Positions 28,350 to 38,201 of a stretch of 64,000 nucleotides of DNA are shown here, piece after piece. The DNA is taken from the NCBI GenBank assembly GCA_027923505.1, contig BROI01000033.1, positions 1 to 64,000 on the forward strand. The letters are read 5' to 3'. The position numbers and the translations under genes were made by a program. Position 1 is the first letter of the stretch; each line of letters starts with the position of its first letter. Source of the DNA: Mayamaea pseudoterrestris. Lineage: Eukaryota. Under the pieces are notes generated by a model. That model was not told the DNA's origin. It was given only the letters and a program-made list of their open reading frames with translations, and made no database searches.

Positions 28350-29958
28350 CAGCCACCACCCAACACAACCCAACCCCGGTCATTCTCCTGGAGAGTTTGA
28401 TGGTACACCATTGAATGGATTGCACATTCTACATCCTTCATGCACACCTAATAACCGCAGAGACTCATATTGAAGCTGGCTGGCCCATGGGCATGGCTAT
28501 TGAGTGTAAACACTGAAACCTATTTGGTCCACCAGCCACCATCCAACTCAACCCAACCCCGGTGATTTTCCTGGAGGGTTTGGAGGTACACCATTGAATG
28601 GATTGCACATCCTACATCCTTTTTGCATGCCTAATAACCGCAGAGACTCAAATTGAAGCTGGCTGGCCCATGGGCATGGCTATTGAGTGTAAACACTAAA
28701 ACCATAAGGTTGACCAGCAACCGTCAACTCAACCAACCCCGGTCAATTCCCTGGAGGGTTTGAGGGTGCACCATTAAGTGGATTGCACATCCTACATCCT
28801 TTATGCATGCCTAATAACCGCAGAGACTCATATTGAAGCTGGCTGGCCCATGGGCATGGCTATTGAGTGTAAACACTGAAACCTATGATGTGGTCCACAA
28901 GCCACCATCCAACTCAACCCAACCCCGGTCATTTTCCTGGAGGGTTTGGAGGTACACCATTGGATGGATTGCACATCCTACATCCTGTATGCATGCCTAA
29001 TAACTGCAGAGACTCATATTGAACCTGGCTGGCCCATGGGCATGGCTATTGAGTGTAAACAATGAAAACCATGTGGTCAACCAGCCACCATCAACTCAAC
29101 CCAACCCCGGTCAATTCCCTGGAGGGTTTGAGGGTGTACCATTGAATGGATTGCACATCCTACATCCTTAATGCTTGCCTAATAACCGCAGAGACTCATA
29201 TTGAAGCTGGCTGGCCCATGGGTATGGCTATTGAGTGTAAACACTGAAACCTATGTGGTCCACCAGCCACCATCCAACTCAACCCAACCCCAGTCAATTC
29301 CCTGGAGGGTTTGAGGGTGTACCATTGAATGGATTGCACATCCTACATCCGTTATACATGTCTAATAATCGCAGAGACTCATATTGAAGCTGGCTGGCCC
29401 ATGGGCATGGCTATTGAGTGTAAACAATGAAAACCATGTGGTCAACCAGCCACCATCAACTCAACCCTAACCTAGGTCAATTCCCTGGAGGGTTTGAGGG
29501 TGTACCATTGAATGGATTGCACATCCTACATCCTTCATGCACACCTAATAACCGCAGAGACTCATATTGAAGCTGGCTGGCCCATGGGTATGGCTATTGA
29601 GTGTAAACACTGAAACCTATGTGGTCCACCAGCCACCATCCAACTCAACCCAACCCCAGTCAATTCCCTTGAGGGTTTGGAGGTGCACCATTGAATGGAT
29701 TGCACATCCTACATCCTTCATGCACACCTAATAACCGCAGAGACTCATATTGAAGCTGGCTGGCCCATGGGTATGGCTATTGAGTGTAAACACTGAAAAC
29801 CATTTGGTCAAATAGCTACCATGCAATTCAACCCAACCCTGGTCAATTCCCTGGAGGGTTTGGAGGTACAACATTGAATGGATATTACATTCTACATCCT
29901 GTATGCAGAGTGTAAAAACTGAAAACCATGTGGTCCAATAGCAACCATCCAACTCAAC
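28350..29958. repeat. Satellite B array, block 4 (~9 copies, last truncated)
   Basis: 183-bp B units. Confidence 0.96.
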
Positions 29959-31402
29959 ATTTGGGTGTGGAAGCCATCACTATGCCCTGAGACTCCGCAC
30001 GTCAACCAATGGTTGGATGTGCCAGCACTGCTCGCTTTTTGTCTGCAGGGATCATCAGCATTGCCCACTGAGCCCTCCTATTTCTTTCAAATCATGTTTG
30101 TTGTTAATGTTGGGCCATAAGTTGGTCAGCTGCACCTCAGCATCCATCACGTGTATGTATGCCACAGTGAGACAGAGCAGATCCAACAACTTGTTGGATC
30201 TGGTAGCGGTGCACCTCAAGTGGCAAGTGTGACTTCCAAAATGGCCTGCAGACCCCATAATACAGCCGATATGGACTTGAACAATAAATGGGACTCATAG
30301 ACTTGTCTATTTGGGTGTAGAAGCCATCACCATGCCATAAGACTCCAAAAAATCAACCAATGGTTGAATGTGCCAGCCCTGCTCCCTTTTTGGCTGCAGG
30401 GATCATCAGCATTGCCCACTGAGCCCTCCAATTTCTTTCAAATCATGGTTGTTGTCAATGATGGGCAAAAGGTTGGTCAGTTGCACCCCAGCATCCGTCA
30501 CCATGTATGTGAGACAGATCAGATCCAACAACTTGTTGGATCTGGTAGCGGTGCATCTCAAGTAGCAAGTGAGACTTCCAAAATGGCTTGCAGATTCCAT
30601 AATACAACCAATATGGACTTGAACATTGATTGGGACTCATAGACTTGTCCATTTAAGCGTAAAAGCCATCACCATGCCCTAAGTCTCCGCACGTTCAACC
30701 AATGGTTGAATGTGCCAACCCTGCTGCCATTTTGGCTGCAGGGATCATCAGCATTGCCCGCTGAGCCCTCCAATTTCTTTCAAATCATGTTTCATGTCAA
30801 TGATGGGCCATAAGTTGGTCAGTTGCACCCCAGCATCCGTCACCATGTATGCCACAGTGAGACAGAGCAGATCCAACAACTTGATGGATCTGTTAGTGGT
30901 GCACCTCAAGTGGCAAGTGAAACTTCCAAAATGGCCTGCAGACCCCATAATACAACCAATATGGACTTGAACAATTAATGGGACACATAGACTTTTATAA
31001 TTGGGTGTGGAAGCCATCACTATGAACTGAGACTGCGCACATTCACCAATGGTTGAATGCACCAGCCCTGCTCCCTTTTGGCTGCAGGGATCATCAGCAT
31101 TGCCCACTGAGCCCTCCAATTTCTTTCAAATCATGTTTGTTGTCAAAGATGGGCCATAAGTTGGTCAGTTGTACCTCAGCATCCATCACCAAGTACGCCA
31201 AGGTGAGACTGAGCAGATTCACCAACAACTTGTTGCATCTGCTAGCAGTGCACTTCAAGTGGCAAGTGAGACTTCCAAAATGGCCTGCAGACCCCATAAT
31301 ACAACCAATATGAACGTGAACGTTGATTGGGACTGATAGACTTGTCCATTTGGGTGTGGAAGCCATCACCATGCCTTGAGACTCCGCACATTCAACCAAA
31401 TG
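29959..31402. repeat. Satellite C (~341-350-bp unit, ~4.2 diverged copies)
   Basis: ttgggtgt(g/a)gaagccatcac recurs at ~29961, 30311, 30652 (variant), 31001 and 31349. Internal palindromes agatccaacaa-c-ttgttggatct and gcacattcaacca-a-tggttgaatgtgc. Confidence 0.92.
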
Positions 31403-32130
31403 GCTTTAAAGACAATCAGTGGATTCATAGACTGTGCTTTTGTACTATTTGGCCAATCTACTTCTACAGCTTTCCCAAAACTTGAGCTTGCCAAGTTTGT
31501 TCGGTTTTGTTGGCCTCATTGATAGTTTCGCCCATGGTGACAATGTTTATAATTGATGGGGATGCCCAGCGGACCTGGTAGTGTGGTGTGGCAACGTACA
31601 GGATGTGTAGCTATGTGGAAGCTAGCATGTCGATTCCCAAGACTATAAGGATTTGCATGTACGCCAAGGTTGTAGAGGTTGATTGACCTTACCAAAAGCT
31701 GAGTGAAAGGTGGCAATGCTTCAAATGATGGGGATGGCCAAAGTTCTGTGGGTGCTGCCATTACTGTTGCGTGACATACAATCACACGGAATACAGCATA
31801 TCTACTCCTGTTTTGCCAGGAACACATGAATTGTCCAACATTGTATGTGTCATAGTACCTCGCGTATACCTTGTCAAAAGGTGGCAATGGCTGAAAATAC
31901 AATCACAGCCAAAATATGATTGGTTTGGATTCATAGACTGCGCTGTTGTTCTATTTGGCCCATCTACTCCTACAGCTTTCCCAAAACTTGAGCTTGCCAG
32001 GTTTGTTTGTTTGGGTTTGTTGGCCTCATTGATAGTTTGTTTTTGATGGAGATGCCCAGCGGACCTGGTGGTGTAGTGTGGCGACGTACAAGATACTTAG
32101 CTATGAGGAAGCTAGCATGTCTATTCCCAA
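31399..32130. repeat. Repeat D: ~210-bp diverged direct repeat with ~506-bp period
   Basis: ggattcatagactg...ctacagctttcccaaaacttgagcttgcca...gaagctagcatgtc begins at 31421 and at 31927. Confidence 0.85.
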
Positions 32131-32665
32131 ACCGTTACTTTTCATTACTTTTCTCCGTCTGGCTGGGCCCTCAGTGCAATGCCATTGGTGAGAACCTGTC
32201 ACCAGTCTCATTCAGCATTTATAGCCATGCATAGCTGGAAATTACAGGGATTGTGCCAATTTTACCAGGGATTCCTGGAGTGTTTTGTCATTGCTCTGTA
32301 GGCATGCTCCACATATTGTGGGACTTCCAAAGTGGCTTGCAGGCAAGTTTCCACATGAAATCTACCTCGATTACGTCAATACTGGTGCGACATAGAAGTA
32401 TTTGAAAGATCCGTACCGTTGCGACATGGCGTTGGAACGGGCGGGCTTCTCAACTTCAGATTTAGCTATTCGCCCAATAGCTATCTAAATTGGCGTTGCC
32501 ACGGGCCAACGCCCACGACTAAACATTTGAAGCTGTAGCTCACGTTTATTAGTATAGTTGTCGATGGATAAAAGAGCTTATAATTTCATTTTAACCACCC
32601 GACGTATCACTCTGAATTCAGAACCAGTTGGAAATCAAGTTAAGAAAAGCAAGCATCCCATCACC

Positions 32666-34325
32666 ATGAAGGATGACGACGACGTCCCGATACCCTTCAA
32701 ACCACGGCATGTGTACGAAGACTTGCCAAGTGTCACCATCTACGGAAATGGCCGCAAGTACAAGGCTCATCGTTGCGATGTACAAGACCCAGAGGTTCTC
32801 ATCCGCACGATTGTCAACCATGGCGAGGCCGCCAAGGTACCGTCAAGTTGAAAAGTCGCCCAATGTGCTTCCCCAAAATATCATTATCGCCAAAAATTAA
32901 TCATTCATTATTTTTATATAAGCCGTCTCGAATAGATCCACGCATTGAAATTGTAATGAATGTGTCTTGTGGGTCCCGTAACGGATATCCCGTAGCCACG
33001 TAGGATGAGTACCAGACGCGCGAGCCAAGCTTTTTTGCGTGCCGTCAGAAATCCACCTTGTGCATTGCCGTTCGGCGGGACCAATCAATCAATCAAAACC
33101 AGACAAAGTTCACTACACCCAGCAGATATAGACGGGTGTAGTAGGCTATTCAGATTGTTTTTCTGGCAACTATTGCTATAGATAGGCCTTGCGCAAACTC
33201 CTCGTCTTCGGACTTTTCAACTTGATGGTACTCAACGTTGTGAACAACCCAGTTGAGCTCATTAACACCTTTCGACAGATGCTCGGAGAGGTCTTTAAGG
33301 ACGCCTTTGATGGAATCGTCGCCACGATCAATCCTTTGGCTCAACCAAACGTCCAGGCGCGTGTTACCGCCGTCGGTAGATGCCAACGAGAATGGCTCCT
33401 GCTTTACATGACCACCAACGAAGACTTCGTCGAGCAAAAGACTTACTTGGAGACTGCCCCGAAGCCCTTCTCCAAGTCGACAAGCAAGTTCAAGCAACGC
33501 TTTGACATGATCCACAAGCTTACCAAGTGGTTCCCTCGTACAGGCAACCCCGATGTGAACGATGACATCTTCACTCAAGTGCAGATTCGCAATTGGATGT
33601 TTACCAAGCAACCTGCCAAGCACCAGCAGACGCTGAACGCAATGCCACACATCAGTTACCAAGATATGGAGGTAGCAGAGCTTTGCAAATACTTCGACAA
33701 GCTCCAACGTGACGAGATCTGAGAGACAGCTCGCCGCCGCGCTCAAGAAGAGACCCCGCGCAAACGCCGCAACAAGACGGACGAAGACAACTACCGTGCT
33801 TGCGCAGCACAAGGAAGAGGCCGTCGAGGCAATCGAGGCCGAGGCAACGGAGGCAGAGGCAACGGAGGCCGAGGCTTCAACTCACGCCGCAGCAACGTTC
33901 ATTGCTACAAACCAGGCCACAACCATCTGTGGATCCATTGCCCTGAGAACCCTTACCGCGTTGAAGATGAGGAAGAAGAAGAAGACAAGGATCCTGCAAA
34001 GAAGAAGGTAAGATGGACAAAGGTTAGCTCAAAGAAGAATTCTTCAAGAGGCAACAACAATAACAACAACGATCGCCACGCTATCGATGATGTCGCAAAC
34101 GACAGCGAATCCAACGACAATGAAGATCAACACGTCATTGAAGAATCCAAGCAAGAGGCAAAGGATGAAGAGATGCCTTCCAAAGAGGAGGATGAAGATG
34201 AGCCAATGGAAGCGGACGAAGAGCCACACCATATGGAAGACATTGGGATTGAAGATCTTGAAGAAGAACTCGAGTTGCTCGATATTAACGATGACGAGAT
34301 GGAGGAGGAAAAGAAAGAAGAATGA
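32666..34325 (+). pseudogene. Gypsy gag, interrupted by a MITE and an internal TGA (33720)
   Basis: Removing 32840-33230 joins ...HGEAAKV|LNVVNNPVEL... in frame. After TGA 33720 the same frame continues with RG-rich repeats, a knuckle-like CYKPGHNHLWIHC and an acidic tail to TGA 34323. Confidence 0.85.
32840..33228. mobile_element. 389-bp MITE, Tc1/mariner-type (TA TSD, 18-bp TIRs), nested in gag
   Basis: ccgtcaagttgaaaagtc (32840-32857) and gacttttcaacttgatgg (33211-33228) are inverted repeats matching 17/18. TA at 32838-39 and 33229-30. Confidence 0.92.
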
Positions 34326-37300
34326 GGAAGACTCGCCGAGTCTTTAGCAGTTGAAAACGCTCCAGTGAATCAGATAGATAACATTGATAATGAAAAGGTT
34401 GATGACCATGTGCCCATAGTGTTACTATTAGTAGGCAAGATGAATGGAACGCCAATGAAGAAAGCATTGACAGTGCTCCTCGACACGGGCTCAACAAGCT
34501 CCTGGATCAGTGAGCGAGTATTGAATCCAACGATCCAAAGGAAGACCACGGCGAGAATGATATCACATACCTTAATGGGAAAGATGGAAAGCGCTCAAAA
34601 GATTGACCTTATGGATTCAACGCTACCCAATTTTTCGCAATCAAAACGAGTCGACAAGATTGAGGCTCACGTATACACGCAAGACATACGATACGACATG
34701 ATCATTGGCCGCAAGCTGATGCAACAGTTAGGCATGACGCTTGACTTTAAACGCAATGAGATCATATGGGATGGCGACGCAGTCCCCTTCATTAACATGA
34801 CACAATTGAATGGTCGACGACCAAAAGAATTGAAAGAGGCGTTGATTAACCGCTACTTAACGTCCGTCGATGATCCGACGTCCGACGATGGTCACATCGT
34901 GACTGAAATCCAAGCCGCCAAATACGATAAAGTGGACATCAACGATGTTGTCAATAAAGCTACTCATCTTGATAAAGATAAGCAAGAGGACTTGAAAGAG
35001 CTTCTACTACGGTTTAAAAAGCTATTCAGCGGCAAACTCGGCCATTACAAAGGCGAGAAAATTCACATCGAAATCAAAAAGGACGCAAAGCCAGTCCACA
35101 AGAGGCACTACCCCGTTCCAAGGGTCCACGAACAAACGTTCAAGAATGAACTTGATAGACTCGTAAGCATAGGAGTCTTGGAACCAACAGGGAGAAGCGA
35201 ATGGGCAGCGCCCACGTTCATCATTCCCAAGAAGGATCAAACAGTCCGTTTCGTTACCGACTTTCGCGCGCTCAATAAAGTGATCAAACGCCGCGTCTAT
35301 CCGCTCCCAAAGATACAAGAGATCCTTGCAAGGCGCAAAGGATACAAGTACTTTACAAAGCTTGATATAAGCATGCAATACTACACGTTCGAATTGGACG
35401 ATATAAGCAGCGACCTCTGCACAATTGCGACACCGTTTGGCCTCTACAAATACATCAGAATGCCAATGGGCATTAACCAGTCGCCTGATGTTACTCAGGA
35501 GATAATGGAAAAGGTCTTGAAAGGAATAGAAGACATTGAAAAGTACCTCGATGATGTCGGGTGCTTCAGCAACTCGTGGAACGAGCATTTAACGCTACTC
35601 GAGCGCGTCTTAAAGAGGCTGGAAGACGCCGGCTTCATTATTAACCCACTCAAATGTGAATGGGCAGTCAAAGAAACAGACTGGCTTGGCTATTGGCTGA
35701 CACCGATGGGTTTAAAGCCATGGCGAAAGAAGGTACAGGCAATCCTCGATATGGGACCGCCGACCAACATGACGCAGCTGCGATCCTTCATTGGATTAGT
35801 TACCTACTACAGGAACATGTGGCTGAAGCGCTCGCATATACTAGTGCCTTTAACGTCGTTAACAGGCGTAAAGAAATTCAAATGGTTACCAGAGCATCAA
35901 ACAGCATTCGAGCAAATGAAAGCGATGGTTGCAACCGACGCGTTGCTCCACTATCCAGACCACAACTTGCCCTTTGACATTGAAGCAGACGCATCTGACT
36001 ATCAACTAGGAGCAGTAATACTACAGAATGGCGTGTCAGTCGTCTACTATTCCCGCAAGCTGACAGCAGCGCAGAGAAACTACACCACCATTAAAAAGGA
36101 ACTACTCAGCATCGTAGAGACATTGAAGACGTTTCGCTCGATGTTACTCGGTGCCGAGATACGGATTCACACCGACCACCGCAATCTCACGTATGAGTTA
36201 ACCACTTACCAAACGCAAAGAGTCTTGCGCTGGAGACTATATCTAGAAGAATATGGTCCCCAATTCTTCTACAAGAAGATGAACACAATCGACTTGCCGA
36301 TGCGCTGTCGAGAACGCCAACACCTCGCTCGTCTCCCTTGGTTGGGGAGGAACAAGAGCCCACTACAGTCATTCAAGAAGACAAAGAAGAGTGACTTGCG
36401 CCCTCTTGTATAGAGGATATAAGCTATGATGACGCATACTCATTGCTAGATGAGCCGGAGCTGGCAGAATGCCTCCTAATGCATCCGGAGTTCGACGGAA
36501 CAGGGAGGTACCCATTATCTTATCAAACAATTGCGCAATATCAAAATCAAGACAAGATACTGCTGGCAGCAGTGAATGAGATTCAACAACCACAAATAAC
36601 AAGGAAGACGCTCGAAGGGGTCTCCGTCATCGTTTACACGCCTCAAGGGAATCCACACGCGTGGCGTATTTGCATTCCTACCAGCATGCTTGAACGGCTT
36701 GTTAAAATGGTATCACTTGACGCTATCCCACGCAGGGATTACAAAGCTTGAAGCGACAATTAACCAGCACTTCTTCCATCCGGGGATCCGGACGGCAATA
36801 GCAGCTATTGTCGGCAAATGTGTTGCTTGCCAAAGATACAAAGCTGGTGGCGGCCATCAATATGGACAACTCCCAATCCGGGACCTCAGGGAGGCTCCTT
36901 GGTATGAAATACAAGTTGATTTAATAGGACCGTGGTCCTTCAAGAAGGATAACGTCGAGTACGTCTTCCAAGCATCAACAATGATTGATACAGTGACCAA
37001 TCTCGTCGAGCTTGTTTACTACGACACCAAAACGACACAGCGAATCGGGCAGCTATTCGAGAACACTTGGCTAGCTAGATACCCCAAGCCAGTGAGAGTC
37101 ATTCATGACAGAGGACAGGAGTTCAAAGGCGAGTTTTGTGCCTTGTTGCTCAGGAATGGCATCGTTCCTCGACCAACCTCCATAAAGAATCCAACAGCAA
37201 ATGCTATTTGTGAAAGGATGCATCTGACCGTTGCTAACGTGTTAAGAACAACATTAAACCAATGGAATCCTCAACCACCTCAACAACCACAAGTCGAAGC

Positions 37301-37697
37301 AACTCATGTTATTGAGTCAGCGCTAGCAACAGCAATGCACGCCACAAGAGCAGCAGCTCATCGCTCACTAAGCAACTTGAGTCCAGGCGCATTAGTCTTT
37401 CAAAGAGACATGTTCTTGGATATACCATTGATAGCGGATATAATGGCGCTCACTAAGAATAGAGAAGCGATCATCAATGACACCTTGTTGCGAGCCAATC
37501 AACGGCGCCTCAATTACGACTATAAAGTGAACGAGCGAGTCCTCGTCAAAGTCGCCAATCCTGACAAGCTACAAGAGCGATGGATTGGCCCTTATACAAT
37601 AACAGCAGTTCATGTTAATGGAACAGTTACAGTCCGCCTCACGCCATGGGTAACGGACAGAATCAACATCAAACGGTTGAAACCGTATCGATCGTAG
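34326..37697 (+). pseudogene. Gypsy pol (protease LLDTGS, RT YLDD, RNase H, HHCC + DDE integrase) with two frameshifts and one stop
   Basis: ORFs 34365-36413, 36443-36751 and 36690-37697. Frameshift near 36277 (LADALSR continues in another frame), TGA at 36392, frameshift near 36705. Confidence 0.93.
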
Positions 37698-38201
37698 AAT
37701 CACCCAAGGGTTTATGACTTCCCCAGGATGCTTCCTAAATAGAGCGCTCCTTGCAATAACAAGGAGGGCTGTCAATAATAGTAAGCAACTTCAGCTACAC
37801 TAAGAAGCGCTTCCTCTGGTGGGGGAGAGTGAAAGATCCGTACCGTTGCGACATGGCGTTGGAACGGGCGGGCTTCTCAACTTCAGATTTAGCTATTCGC
37901 CCAATAGCTATCTAAATTGGCGTTGCCACGGGCCAACGCCCACGACTAAACATTTGGAGCTGTAGCTCACGTTTATTAGTATAGTTGTCGATGGATAAAA
38001 GAGCTTATAATTTCATTTTAACCACCCGACGTATCAGTATTCACTTTGCTCTCTCTATGCGTATCGATCGCAGGAGAGTAAGAAATGAACCTTGGCCACC
38101 ACCATGGATTCTTGCGCGCAGCGATCTTTCATTTTTTGCCTACTAGTCTCATACACGTTTCAACAACTAAAGCTTTCACTCACTTTGTCTAGCACAGTAC
38201 T

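Larger units (their letters stand above)
32403..38036 (+). mobile_element. Ty3/Gypsy LTR retrotransposon, full length, recent, inactivated
   Basis: LTRs at 32403-32609 and 37830-38036 (207 bp, TG..CA, 1 mismatch). TSD GTATT at 32398-32402 and 38037-38041. PPT gggggagag at 37821-37829. Domain order PR-RT-RH-IN. Confidence 0.98.

Noticed and set aside
1..29958. CRISPR-like array (palindromic repeats at regular spacing)
   Set aside because: Sequence between palindromes is conserved rather than unique spacers, no cas genes are present, and the context is eukaryotic.
59..31399. Over a hundred near-identical 60-230 aa ORFs (MSQGMAMYLV...) in the repeats
   Set aside because: They are products of a 169-bp period that is not a multiple of 3, mostly with GTG/TTG starts and recurrent stops. 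B plus-strand frames are also closed. No consistent splice pattern found.
32837..33185. GT..AG intron in Gypsy gag
   Set aside because: TIRs plus a TA duplication define a MITE whose removal restores the frame exactly. Splicing out of most of the MITE cannot be wholly excluded.
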